From Bacilli bacterium (GTDB taxonomy: Bacteria > Bacillota_I > Bacilli_A > RF39 > UBA660): a DNA stretch of 39,331 nt. The position numbers were made by a program, and so were the translations under genes. The stretch spans positions 1 to 39,331 of the forward strand of contig JAQUFX010000003.1 in assembly GCA_028684435.1 (NCBI GenBank), given 5' to 3'. Below the pieces are notes generated by a model, which searched no databases, was not told the origin of the DNA, and worked only from the letters and a program-made list of their open reading frames with translations. How positions within the stretch are numbered: the stretch's first letter is position 1; every line of letters starts with the position of its first letter. This document shows positions 17,956-27,468 of the stretch, piece by piece.

Positions 17956-19104
17956 CTATACATGAGCTAAACTTTTTATTATTAAAGTTCCTTTTAATAA
18001 TTCGTCACATGCACTTTGAAAAACACTAGTATATAGTTTTATTCCCAGTTCATTTTCTAAATAATTAATTATCATTTCTTTTTGTTCTCTTGTTACTGTT
18101 ACTCCTGATATAGAATAATAATAATCCAAAGCTTCTTCATGTGAAAGTATTCGAATTGAAGTTTCATATAATTTAAAGAACGAATAAACTAATTTAAATT
18201 CTCTTCTAGTTATAATATTACTTTTAATTAATTTATGTCCCTGCCTTTGGAATTCAATAGGATTTAATCTTGTCATGCGAAAATAATCTAATAAATTAAA
18301 ATAAGTATTAATGCCATTTTTTATGATACCATTTGTTAGATAATAAATCATTTGCAAATAGTTTTGTTCTAACAATTTATTTTCATTTGCTAGCAAAGTA
18401 TTATATTGATTATATAAAGTTTGCTCTAATTCAGTTCCATTGGCTAGCAAAGGTAAACATTTATCAAATGTACTACGTCTTATACCTGAATCTAAAATGA
18501 TTTTTTCTAAATTTTCTATTCCCTTAATTAATACTTCTTCTAAAATATTACCAATTATATTTACATTTTTTTCATTATTTATAGAAGTTACTTTTTCTCT
18601 AGCATTTATTCTTCTATCATCATTTATTAATTTGCGATTTAGTTCGATAACTTCTTTTATTTTATTTAATTTGCTTACTTCTTCTTCATTATATCCATAA
18701 TACTTAATAGCACTATCTATATTTTTAAACATTTCTGATATCATATATTGTGATTTAATAGCATAAGTAATTAATTCTTTAGTATATTTTATATTTAGAA
18801 TATCATTTATTAAATCCTTATCAAAATTATCTGATATTTTTTCTTGATATGATGATACAACTCTTTTGGCAATTTGAGTATGTTTCATTCTAACAATTTC
18901 TTCATATAATTCTATTTCTTCTTTAGTTGGTTTAGGACTAATTACTCTATTTTTATAATGATAAATATTTCCTCTAATCGTAGATACAGCTAAACCATAT
19001 TTATTAGTAAGATATGCATATATACTTTGATCACCATTATTTTTTATATAAAGTTCAAAAGCTTCTTTTCCTCTTAATGTTTTTTCCGTTATTTTTCCTG
19101 CCAT
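17956..19104 (-). CDS. hypothetical helix-turn-helix protein (all-alpha, unknown family)
   Basis: About 382 aa from the ATG at 19104, behind AGGTGG that overlaps the era stop. N-terminal HTH-like segment IYAYLTNKYGLAVSTIRGNIYHY. I recognise no family for the rest. Confidence 0.6.
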   Translation of the reverse strand: MAGKITEKTLRGKEAFELYIKNNGDQSIYAYLTNKYGLAVSTIRGNIYHYKNRVISPKPTKEEIELYEEIVRMKHTQIAKRVVSSYQEKISDNFDKDLINDILNIKYTKELITYAIKSQYMISEMFKNIDSAIKYYGYNEEEVSKLNKIKEVIELNRKLINDDRRINAREKVTSINNEKNVNIIGNILEEVLIKGIENLEKIILDSGIRRSTFDKCLPLLANGTELEQTLYNQYNTLLANENKLLEQNYLQMIYYLTNGIIKNGINTYFNLLDYFRMTRLNPIEFQRQGHKLIKSNIITRREFKLVYSFFKLYETSIRILSHEEALDYYYSISGVTVTREQKEMIINYLENELGIKLYTSVFQSACDELLKGTLIIKSLAHV

Positions 19105-19113
19105 AATTACCAC

Positions 19114-19998
19114 CTATTCGTTTTCTTTAAATCCTAATTCTTTTAAATATTTTTCTTTATCTCGCCAATTCTTTATTGTCTTAACAAATAATTGGAGGTA
19201 AATTTGTTTACCTAATAAGCTTTCAATATCTGTTCGAGCTAAAATTCCAATATTTTTCAACATAGTTCCTTGTTTACCAATTATAATCTTTTTTAATGAA
19301 TCTCTATCTATTATTATATCAACATATATTTCTACTAAACTACCTTTATCTTTATAATAAGATGTTGCACATGTAATTGAGTGAGGTACTTCTTCATTGG
19401 TTAAATTAAGTATTTTTTCTCTAACTAATTCTGCTACCATAAATTCAACATTTGTATTAGTAATTGTTCCATCATCATAATAAATAATAGAATCAGTTAA
19501 ATAACTTTTAATTAATTTAATTAATCTTTCGATATTATCATTATTCATAGCACTTATTGGGATTATTTCCGAAAAATGATATAAATCTTTATATTGCCTT
19601 ATAGCATTTATAATACCATCATCATTTAGTTTATCAATTTTATTTAATACTAATATGACAGGAATATCAACATTTTTTAAGGTTTCAATTATAAATTTAT
19701 CCCCTGTTCCAGCTCCAGTAGATGCATCAACTACAAATAATATTACATCTGTTTCTGAAAGTGAACTATAACTTTGCCGATTTAAATATTTTCCTAATCT
19801 ATCTTTTGGTTTATGGATTCCAGGAGTATCTATAAAAACGATTTGTGTATCATCATCATTATACACTCCTTGAACTGTATTTCTAGTTGTTCCAGCTACA
19901 TTACTAACAATCGCAATATGATTATTAATAATAGTATTAATTAAAGTACTTTTACCGGTATTAGGTCTTCCGATTATACTTACAAATCCACTTTTCAT
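19114..19998 (-). CDS. era: GTPase Era
   Basis: GRPNTGKST, DTPG, NKID and a C-terminal KH domain (KKIIIGKQGTMLKNIG). Confidence 0.96.
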   Translation of the reverse strand: MKSGFVSIIGRPNTGKSTLINTIINNHIAIVSNVAGTTRNTVQGVYNDDDTQIVFIDTPGIHKPKDRLGKYLNRQSYSSLSETDVILFVVDASTGAGTGDKFIIETLKNVDIPVILVLNKIDKLNDDGIINAIRQYKDLYHFSEIIPISAMNNDNIERLIKLIKSYLTDSIIYYDDGTITNTNVEFMVAELVREKILNLTNEEVPHSITCATSYYKDKGSLVEIYVDIIIDRDSLKKIIIGKQGTMLKNIGILARTDIESLLGKQIYLQLFVKTIKNWRDKEKYLKELGFKENE

Positions 19999-20017
19999 AT
20001 AGATACTCCTTTCTTAA

Positions 20018-20386
20018 TTAATATATGTTAAATAATAAATTGCCAACTTTCATAACTCGGTAATTACGATTTTCATCATATAACCAAACCTGAGCATCAG
20101 GTTCCATAAATTCAATTATAACATCTTTATTTAGATATTTTAAATCATTTATATTTATTGTACCTACCATTATATATATTTTTTCAAAATCACCGTATTT
20201 ATATCCAGCGCTTACTGCTCTTGCAATAGCAGCTTGCTCAGCATATATCGCGTCCCTAAATATTTGATTTTTTACGGTAACACCACTAAAGGTTTTACCG
20301 TCTTTCATTACTACAATTGAACTAAAACATTTATAATCATATGCAGCATAAGAATTACTTAGTAATCTTTCTAATTCATTGACCAT
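20018..20386 (-). CDS. cytidine deaminase-like protein lacking zinc ligands (probable pseudo-enzyme)
   Basis: 122 aa, alignable to the upstream cdd (SYAAYDYKCFSSIVVMKDGKTFSGVTVKN). It has YAEQ in place of CAE and no PCxxC. Overlaps cdd by 11 nt. Confidence 0.75.
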   Translation of the reverse strand: MVNELERLLSNSYAAYDYKCFSSIVVMKDGKTFSGVTVKNQIFRDAIYAEQAAIARAVSAGYKYGDFEKIYIMVGTININDLKYLNKDVIIEFMEPDAQVWLYDENRNYRVMKVGNLLFNIY

Positions 20387-20771
20387 TTTTAACCTCCTCT
20401 AATTGATAAGGATAAGGACATAATTCTTTCACTGTTAATATTTGGACATTTCCTGTTTTTTTATAAATATAAATTTTTTTATTAAGATCAAAAAATTCTA
20501 ATAATAACTGTCTACATAAAAAACAAGGATAAGTAAAATTATTAGTATCACCATAGATATGTAACTCATCAAAATCAACTTTTGAATATCCTTCAGCAAT
20601 TGCAGTAGATATTGCCACTTGTTCAGCACATAAACCATTCTTAAATGAAGCATTTTCGACATTAACGCCAATAAATTCTTGACCATTAGTCATTTTAACA
20701 ATGCAAGCTGTTTTAAATTTAGAATAAGGACTATAAGAATTATTAATGATTTTTTCTAAGTTTTCTTTCAT
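20376..20771 (-). CDS. cdd: cytidine deaminase (homotetrameric type)
   Basis: 131 aa. SYSPYS, CAEQVAI and PCFLCRQ zinc and catalytic motifs. Confidence 0.92.
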   Translation of the reverse strand: MKENLEKIINNSYSPYSKFKTACIVKMTNGQEFIGVNVENASFKNGLCAEQVAISTAIAEGYSKVDFDELHIYGDTNNFTYPCFLCRQLLLEFFDLNKKIYIYKKTGNVQILTVKELCPYPYQLEEVKNGQ

Positions 20772-21163
20772 GTTATTAACTCCTTTATAATATTAATTAT
20801 TTTAGGTAAAAAAATAATTATTCCAATAGCTACAGCTGTTAAACTTAAAATCATTACATATGCTGCTGCAGTATCTTTAGCAAGCATAGCTTTTCGTTTA
20901 TATTCTTGAGTAGCTAAATCAACTAAATGCTCAATAGCTGTATTTAATAATTCAGCTCCTATTACTAAACCAATTATTGCTACTAAAAATATCCATTCTA
21001 AGGTACTAATTTTTAATAAAAAGCCTCCGATTAATACACATATAGCAAAAAAGGTATGAATTTTTAAATTAGGTTCAGTTTTATAAGCAAATTTAAAACC
21101 ATCAAATGCATATTTAAATGATTTATCCAATCTTTTAATATTTATTCTGCGTTTCTTTTTCAT
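20768..21163 (-). CDS. dgkA: diacylglycerol/undecaprenol kinase family protein
   Basis: 131 aa, three TM helices, EL(L)NTAIE motif. ybeY-dgkA-cdd order as in Bacillus. Confidence 0.85.
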   Translation of the reverse strand: MKKKRRINIKRLDKSFKYAFDGFKFAYKTEPNLKIHTFFAICVLIGGFLLKISTLEWIFLVAIIGLVIGAELLNTAIEHLVDLATQEYKRKAMLAKDTAAAYVMILSLTAVAIGIIIFLPKIINIIKELIT

Positions 21164-21579
21164 TTCAATAACTCCTTTTGTAGTGATATCATAATTTTTT
21201 CATCTTCTTCAGTAAGATGATTATAACCTAATAAATGAAGCAAACCATGAATAATAAGAAATGATAATTCTCTTTTTTCTCCTGTTTTATAATTAATAGC
21301 TTGCTCCTTCATTTTAGGTATTGATATATATATATCTCCTAATAAATTTATAGGTAAATTAATACTTCCTTGATCATTTAAAGCAAAACTTAAAACATCA
21401 GTTGTATTATTTATGCCTCGGTATTTATTATTTAAATCTTTAACTTCTTGATCATCAGTTAAAATAATTGAAAAGGAAACATTATTTAATTTTAATTTAT
21501 TTAAAGCACTATCTATAATTCGATATAAATATTTATAATCTTGATAATGATATTTATCTTCTATAAAATATTCATTCAT
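21160..21579 (-). CDS. ybeY: rRNA maturation endoribonuclease YbeY
   Basis: HGLLHLLGYNH metal-binding motif; 139 aa. Confidence 0.94.
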   Translation of the reverse strand: MNEYFIEDKYHYQDYKYLYRIIDSALNKLKLNNVSFSIILTDDQEVKDLNNKYRGINNTTDVLSFALNDQGSINLPINLLGDIYISIPKMKEQAINYKTGEKRELSFLIIHGLLHLLGYNHLTEEDEKIMISLQKELLK

Positions 21580-22187
21580 AATCTTACTCCATATATAGAC
21601 AAAATAATATAAATAAGCACTAATATAACGATAATACTTATAATATTAATTAAGATATTATTTTTAATTTTAACTGAATATTTAACCATTAATTTACTGG
21701 ATATTTTATATAATAAATATCCTAGATAACCACCAATCATATTTAAAATAATATCATCTATATCAAAACTTCTCCCTATATTACTTTGAATAAATTCAAT
21801 GGAAAAGCTAGTTACAAAAGTAATTATAAAATTAATATAATACTTATTAACTTTAACATAATAAGAAGTAAAATAACCAAAAGGTAGTAATAATAATACA
21901 TTACCTAAAACATTACGATAAAATAAGGGACTAGTTAAATCATATCTAAATATTTCTTTAAAAGGAATAAAATTATTACTATAAGAATTAAAATCAGTAC
22001 TTGTAACAAGTTCAAATAATAATAATATATAAATAAGAAAACATAAACTAATAAGTTCTTTATATAATATAAATGGCTTTTGATAATTTTTTAAATAGAA
22101 TACTCTTAGCGTAATTAAAACAATACAAAACAATATTAGCATAGGCCATAATTCATATACAACATCAACTGCTATTTTTGGTATCAT
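21576..22187 (-). CDS. VanZ-like membrane protein
   Basis: 203 aa, multi-TM, with N..LL.PFG and the VanZ-typical D.DD...N..G motif (SFDIDDIILNMIGGYLGY). Confidence 0.7.
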   Translation of the reverse strand: MIPKIAVDVVYELWPMLILFCIVLITLRVFYLKNYQKPFILYKELISLCFLIYILLLFELVTSTDFNSYSNNFIPFKEIFRYDLTSPLFYRNVLGNVLLLLPFGYFTSYYVKVNKYYINFIITFVTSFSIEFIQSNIGRSFDIDDIILNMIGGYLGYLLYKISSKLMVKYSVKIKNNILINIISIIVILVLIYIILSIYGVRL

Positions 22188-23325
22188 TTATCTCACTTCC
22201 AATTTGATAATATAATGGTTTACTAATTAATTCATTAGTAATAACAAATATACTTATATTTATTGTACTATTATTTTGTTCTTTTTTCAAAACTTTTTGA
22301 CTAATAACTTTACCTTTACCATTTAATTTTTTATTAAATTCTAATAATACCTTATTAATAGCATTTTTTTCAGCTTCTTTTTCATTATATTTTTTAGTTT
22401 TTATTAAATATTCTTCTTCATTATAAAAGGAAAAATTAAATCCTAGAATTTTTATTTTTCTAACTCCAGTTTGATCAAAATATTGATATTTATTTTTAAA
22501 TAAGATTTTATTATTAATACTTAAATTAAATCTCTTTTTTCCAGTAAATGTTTTTTCTTCATAATAAAGAGGAAAGCGTATATCACTAGTATACCAAACA
22601 TCACCATATACTTCTCCAGTAGCTAAAATATTGCCTTTTACTTCATCAAATAATTTAATTTCCCCCGATATTAAAATATCACCTTTTTTTACATAATCTC
22701 CACTACGTACTAAAAGATCACCTTTTGTACATATTACTTTTGTTATCAAAGCATTTTTGTAACTAATTAGATGGCGATGTCCTTCTTCTTTAGATGTATC
22801 AGTAATTATTCTTTCTTCAATTCTAATTTCATATATCATACCTTTTCTAGTAATACTAATCCATTCTAATTTATTACGATTATTATCTAAAATTTTATTT
22901 TTTATTTTTTCTAAATCATCAAATTCTCTTTTTAAAGAAAATCTTTTTATTCCATAAGTTTTTAATTCTTCTTTAACTAATTTTCTCACTTGTGAATTTT
23001 CATGAATAATATCAATTTTAACAATATAACTAGTTAATATATCCATTAAAGCAAAACATAATAAAATAATAATATAAATATAAATATTATTTCTAATATG
23101 TTTTTTAATTCCTTCAGACCCTTTATATTTAATTATTTTAATTTTACTAAGATATCCTAGTCTTTTAACTACTTTATAATCATGTAAATTTATTTTAATT
23201 AAAATTTTATCATTACTTAAATAATTAATATTATAAATACTTATATGATTTTTTATTAATTTTTTAATAAATCTATCAATATAACCTTTTACTTCAATAA
23301 TTATAAAACTATTCATAAGATACAC
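22165..23325 (-). CDS. yqfD: sporulation protein YqfD
   Basis: 386 aa with a single central TM. Lies downstream of yqfC. Motifs of this family are present (LISGEI..., GEVYGDVWY). Confidence 0.8.
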   Translation of the reverse strand: MYLMNSFIIIEVKGYIDRFIKKLIKNHISIYNINYLSNDKILIKINLHDYKVVKRLGYLSKIKIIKYKGSEGIKKHIRNNIYIYIIILLCFALMDILTSYIVKIDIIHENSQVRKLVKEELKTYGIKRFSLKREFDDLEKIKNKILDNNRNKLEWISITRKGMIYEIRIEERIITDTSKEEGHRHLISYKNALITKVICTKGDLLVRSGDYVKKGDILISGEIKLFDEVKGNILATGEVYGDVWYTSDIRFPLYYEEKTFTGKKRFNLSINNKILFKNKYQYFDQTGVRKIKILGFNFSFYNEEEYLIKTKKYNEKEAEKNAINKVLLEFNKKLNGKGKVISQKVLKKEQNNSTINISIFVITNELISKPLYYQIGSEINDTKNSS

Positions 23326-23542
23326 TATCTATCGAACCTTTAATTAATAATTCATGAAGATGCATCTTTTCAATTAACATTTTACTTCCTTTTATTTTAA
23401 CAATTTTATTTTTAAGTCTAACTTTTATTAAATCATTATTAAAACTAATTATTTCTTGATAATTATAAATATAAACATTATTGTTATATAAACAAATATA
23501 AAAATCATTATTACTTAAGGCGTTATTAATAACTTCAAGCAT
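23309..23542 (-). CDS. yqfC: sporulation protein YqfC
   Basis: C-terminal ...ELLIKGSIDSVSYE matches the YqfC pattern. Start set at the ATG at 23542, behind AGAGGTGA, rather than the upstream TTG. Confidence 0.8.
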   Translation of the reverse strand: MLEVINNALSNNDFYICLYNNNVYIYNYQEIISFNNDLIKVRLKNKIVKIKGSKMLIEKMHLHELLIKGSIDSVSYE

Positions 23543-23605
23543 TATCTTCACCTCTATAATTATATGCAAAAAAAAGTAGCCTATTAAAGGTTACTTAAAA
23601 TATAA

Positions 23606-23794
23606 CTAATCACGAGACTTCTTTTTTCGAGAATTTTTTATCATTTCTTTTTTCTCATTTCTTTTCTTTACCCCAGGTTTATCATAATGTTTATGCTTTT
23701 TTATTTCAGAAGGGACACCAGATTTGGCAACTTGAACTTTAAATCTTTTATATGCTCCATCAAGGTTACCGTTTCTAACTTCAACTCTAGTCAA
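23606..23794 (-). CDS. rpsU: 30S ribosomal protein S21
   Basis: 62-aa basic protein (LDGAYKRFKVQVAKSGV...YDKPGVKKR). TTG start 8 nt after GGGAGGG. Confidence 0.95.
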   Translation of the reverse strand: MTRVEVRNGNLDGAYKRFKVQVAKSGVPSEIKKHKHYDKPGVKKRNEKKEMIKNSRKKKSRD

Positions 23795-23824
23795 TATATT
23801 TCCCTCCCTTCAAAAACTATTGAT

Positions 23825-23853
23825 ATTATAACACTCAAATATTAACGGTGCAA
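23825..23853 (-). promoter_or_regulatory. sigmaA-type promoter of rpsU
   Basis: On the minus strand: TTGCAC, a 17-nt spacer, then TATAAT with a TGt extension. It lies about 30 nt upstream of the RBS. Confidence 0.6.
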
Positions 23854-23868
23854 GTAAATTTAAATATT

Positions 23869-23912
23869 AAATAGATAAAATACTTAAATCTCTTTAAGTA
23901 TTTTATCTATTT
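23869..23912 (-). terminator. 20-bp perfect hairpin spanning the trxA stop codon
   Basis: AAATAGATAAAATACTTAAA, loop tctc, TTTAAGTATTTTATCTATTT. All-AT-rich stem with no clean U-tail. Confidence 0.5.
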
Positions 23913-24174
23913 CAGTTTTAGTTTTAAAACCAGTAAATGTATTTATTAATTCTTTATCTTTATAAATTTCAACATATGGTATTGACATTACTCCTTTAGA
24001 TCTAGATAAATCTTGATATAAATCAGTATTTACTTTTATTACTTTAGCACTATCTAATTTATTTAATTCTTCTGATAACATTCGGCAAGGTGCACACCAA
24101 TCAGCATAATAATCAACTAAAGTTAAATCATTAGTAAGTACATCTTCTAAATTTTCATTTTCTAAAATCTTCAT
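23884..24174 (-). CDS. trxA: thioredoxin
   Basis: 96 aa. Active site WCAPC (a variant of WCGPC) and the cis-Pro motif SIPY. Confidence 0.88.
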   Translation of the reverse strand: MKILENENLEDVLTNDLTLVDYYADWCAPCRMLSEELNKLDSAKVIKVNTDLYQDLSRSKGVMSIPYVEIYKDKELINTFTGFKTKTEIDKILKEI

Positions 24175-24890
24175 AAAACCTCCTTATATTTTATTATTAT
24201 ATCTTCAGCTCTTGGAATTATAATCTTTTCTGTTTCAACTAATTTTTCTGCTGATTCAATATCTAGAATTTCATATTTCAATAATACATCTAAACTTTTT
24301 AAATTTGCTTCATCTTTATTTGCTTCATTTTCATATTTGGTACATATTTTATATATTTCAGTTATTGAATTATAAGTATCACCTACTATTTCAGATAGCA
24401 AAGGAGTTTTTTCAAGTAACATATTGCCATAATTACTTTCATTTACTTTACTTGATGTACTACTTACTAAACTTAGTATAAAAACCACAATAAACGCTAT
24501 TACATAACCTTGTATTAGTCCAATTATAGCCCCTAATATCTTACTAGGAAATCCTAATATTAAGGTATTATTAACTAATCCACCAACAACACCAGTTACT
24601 TTAGTAAATATTTTTAAGATAAGAACAAGCCCAAATATAGTTATTAAATAACTTATTCCTTCATAAATTAAAATATTAAATACAGTTACGCCTGCAAACT
24701 TTCCTCCTAATGTAAAAAAAGGAAAATGTTCATATAAAAAAACTGATATGGGATTTTTTAAATGAAACGCTAAAATAAATATTAATAAAGTTCCTATCAA
24801 TATAACAACACTATTTATAATTCCTTTTCGAAATCCTATTAAGCCTGAATATAATATTAATATTAAAATTATGATATCAATAAAATTCAT
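24171..24890 (-). CDS. CvpA-family membrane protein
   Basis: 239 aa. Four TM helices with the CvpA N-terminus (IDIIILILILYSGLIGFRKG) and a soluble C-terminal extension. ATGA overlap with trxA. Confidence 0.8.
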   Translation of the reverse strand: MNFIDIIILILILYSGLIGFRKGIINSVVILIGTLLIFILAFHLKNPISVFLYEHFPFFTLGGKFAGVTVFNILIYEGISYLITIFGLVLILKIFTKVTGVVGGLVNNTLILGFPSKILGAIIGLIQGYVIAFIVVFILSLVSSTSSKVNESNYGNMLLEKTPLLSEIVGDTYNSITEIYKICTKYENEANKDEANLKSLDVLLKYEILDIESAEKLVETEKIIIPRAEDIIIKYKEVL

Positions 24891-24961
24891 ATTATCACAT
24901 CCTAGTATTAATTATATATCAAAGAACAAAAAAAAGAAAGAATTATTAATTAAAATATGGT

Positions 24962-25924
24962 ATGATATTTTTGGTGATAAGTTTGACTATAGTATATAAA
25001 GTTAGTGATAATATTAAAAATAAAATGATTGATTATTATGATAATCTTAAAAGAGTTAAAACTCCTCCATATGCAATATTCCAAGCTGATGAAGGCGAAA
25101 CTATTATAACATTATATCAATCAAATAAAGTAATGTTTCAAGGCATAAGTGCTGATATAGATGCTAATATGTGGATTGATTTAGAACTTTCTTTAAATAA
25201 TCGTGATATTAAAAAAGAATTAGAACAAGATAAAAAATTAAAAGAAGATAAAAAAGAAAAAGAAACTGATCATAGATTTATAGGTGTTCCGACAATTGGT
25301 TCTGATGAAGTTGGTACAGGAGATTATTTTGGACCAGTTATTGTAACTGCTACTTATGTGGGCAAAGAACATATAAATTTATTAAATGATTTAGGAGTCA
25401 AAGATTCTAAAAAGATTACCGATGATACAATTTTAAAAATAGGACCAATATTAATAAATAAAATTCCTTATGTAAGTGAAATACTTACTAATAAAGAATA
25501 TAATAATACAAATGATAATTTAAATAAAATTAAAGCTATTATGCATAATAAAGTATTATATAATATAGTAAATAATAATAATTTTGAATATAAATATATT
25601 GTTGTTGATCAATTCTGCCACCCTCGAAATTATTTCACTTATATATATAATATAAAAGATAAAATTACAAAAATTACTTTTGTTACCAAAGCAGAAGATA
25701 AATGTTTAAGTGTTGCTGTTGCTTCCATTATAAGTAGATACTTATTTATTAAAGAAATGGAAAAACTAGGTAATAGTATGAATATTTTTTTAAATAAAGG
25801 TGCTGGAGAAATTGTAGATAAACAAGGTGCTTTAATAGTTAAAAAATATGGTTTAGAAAAATTAAAAGAAATAGCTAAATTTAATTTTAAAAATACTGAA
25901 AAAATAAAAAATATATTAAAATAA
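24962..25924 (+). CDS. rnhC: ribonuclease HIII
   Basis: N-terminal DUF3378-like domain (...ITLYQSNKVMFQG) plus an RNase HII/HIII core (GSDEVGTGDYFGP, DSKK). The true start may be the TTG at 24983, behind GGTGA. This is the only plus-strand gene. Confidence 0.9.
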   Translation: MIFLVISLTIVYKVSDNIKNKMIDYYDNLKRVKTPPYAIFQADEGETIITLYQSNKVMFQGISADIDANMWIDLELSLNNRDIKKELEQDKKLKEDKKEKETDHRFIGVPTIGSDEVGTGDYFGPVIVTATYVGKEHINLLNDLGVKDSKKITDDTILKIGPILINKIPYVSEILTNKEYNNTNDNLNKIKAIMHNKVLYNIVNNNNFEYKYIVVDQFCHPRNYFTYIYNIKDKITKITFVTKAEDKCLSVAVASIISRYLFIKEMEKLGNSMNIFLNKGAGEIVDKQGALIVKKYGLEKLKEIAKFNFKNTEKIKNILK

Positions 25925-25945
25925 TACCACTTTTAAAGTGGTATT
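25923..25945. terminator. bidirectional terminator between convergent rnhC and holA
   Basis: AATACCACT-tttaa-AGTGGTATT, flanked by A and T runs. Confidence 0.7.
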
Positions 25946-25948
25946 ATT

Positions 25949-26836
25949 TTAAATATTTATAATAAATATTTTTAATAATAAATATTTATCAATATTTAAA
26001 GTTTTTATACTATAATCTAGTTCAGTTAAATCTAATAATTTTTTTTGTAATTCATCTAAAGTATATAAAAAACCTTTTTCTTTGGCTAATTTTACTCTGT
26101 AAGGATGAATTTCTAACAACTTAGATATTTCCTCATTACTTCCTTGTAAATGTTTTACAGCATATATTATTCGGTATTGTGTAGCAAGCAATCCTATAAA
26201 AGGAGATACATCTTGTTTTAAAGTAATAAATTCATTTAAATAAATATTAATTTTTTTATAATCTTTTCTAATAACGGCATCACAAAATTCAAAATTATCT
26301 TCCGAAATCAATTTTAAAGAGTATTTATTTACTATCTCAGTATTTATTTTATTAGTAATAATACTAATCTTATCAATTTCATTTAAAACAAGATCATAGT
26401 TATTTAAATTGTTTTCTAGTAATTTATTTATAGCACTGTAATCAATTTCAATATTATTACTTTTACAATAGTTATATATTTTATTATTAAGGTCTTTAAT
26501 TTCATCAATAATAATTATTTTAGCATTATTACTTAATGTTTTATATAAAGTACTTCTTTTATCAATTAAATCAGAAATTAATATCAAAGTCGTATCATTA
26601 TTAGGTTTATTTATATAATCTTCTAATTTAATATTATCTTTATTAATTTTAAATTTATTTGCAATAACATATTTATGTTCTTTAATAAAGGAATAATATG
26701 AACATTCATTAATTAAATCAATTATTGAACACTCATCCATATTCATTCTTACAACATTAGAACTATCTTTAATAATTTTATTTATTTCATCATATAATAT
26801 CCTTAATGAAAAAGATTTTACTACATATATATTCAT
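25949..26836 (-). CDS. holA: DNA polymerase III delta subunit
   Basis: 295 aa. General HolA layout (N-terminal Rossmann-like segment, then a helical C-terminus with ...IHPYRVKLA...). Recognised with moderate certainty. Confidence 0.7.
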   Translation of the reverse strand: MNIYVVKSFSLRILYDEINKIIKDSSNVVRMNMDECSIIDLINECSYYSFIKEHKYVIANKFKINKDNIKLEDYINKPNNDTTLILISDLIDKRSTLYKTLSNNAKIIIIDEIKDLNNKIYNYCKSNNIEIDYSAINKLLENNLNNYDLVLNEIDKISIITNKINTEIVNKYSLKLISEDNFEFCDAVIRKDYKKINIYLNEFITLKQDVSPFIGLLATQYRIIYAVKHLQGSNEEISKLLEIHPYRVKLAKEKGFLYTLDELQKKLLDLTELDYSIKTLNIDKYLLLKIFIINI

Positions 26837-27372
26837 TACTCTACTAAACCAATACGATCTAAAGGAAATAATATTATATTTGTTTTACCTTTTACCTCAT
26901 CTTTTTTAATAGGACCTATTATTCTGCTATCTTGAGATACATATCTATTATCTCCCATAACAAAGTATTCATCACTTCCAACTTTTATTTTTTTAAAATC
27001 TTCAGTTTTAGATAAAGAATATTTATCTTTGACTATTTTATCATTAATATATAATTTATCATCTTTATATTTAACAGTTTCATTAGGTAATCCAATAATT
27101 CTTTTTATTAAAAAGGTATCTCCTGTTTTAATAACTACTATATCCCATCTATCAACACCTTTTAATTTCATAGCTATTTTATTTAAAATCATTGTTTCAC
27201 CATTATGAAGAGTCGATTCCATACTAGTACCATTTACTCTAACTGGAGTTGCAATAAATGTTCTTAATATTATTACTAAAATAATTATTATTATATAGGG
27301 CATGTAATCTAAAAAGACATCTTTACCTGCTTTTTTTTGATTTAAATCATCTTTTTTTCTCATATACATCAC
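26836..27372 (-). CDS. lepB: signal peptidase I
   Basis: TM anchor, catalytic Ser box NGTSMESTL, Lys box KRIIGLPNE, GDNR..S.DSR box. Confidence 0.92.
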   Translation of the reverse strand: MMYMRKKDDLNQKKAGKDVFLDYMPYIIIIILVIILRTFIATPVRVNGTSMESTLHNGETMILNKIAMKLKGVDRWDIVVIKTGDTFLIKRIIGLPNETVKYKDDKLYINDKIVKDKYSLSKTEDFKKIKVGSDEYFVMGDNRYVSQDSRIIGPIKKDEVKGKTNIILFPLDRIGLVE

Positions 27373-27468
27373 CCGCTTAATTATAACATAATTTATTATT
27401 TAATAATATTATTAAATAAAATAAATCATACTTTTTTTGTAAAAAAAAGCAATAAAATAATTATTACT

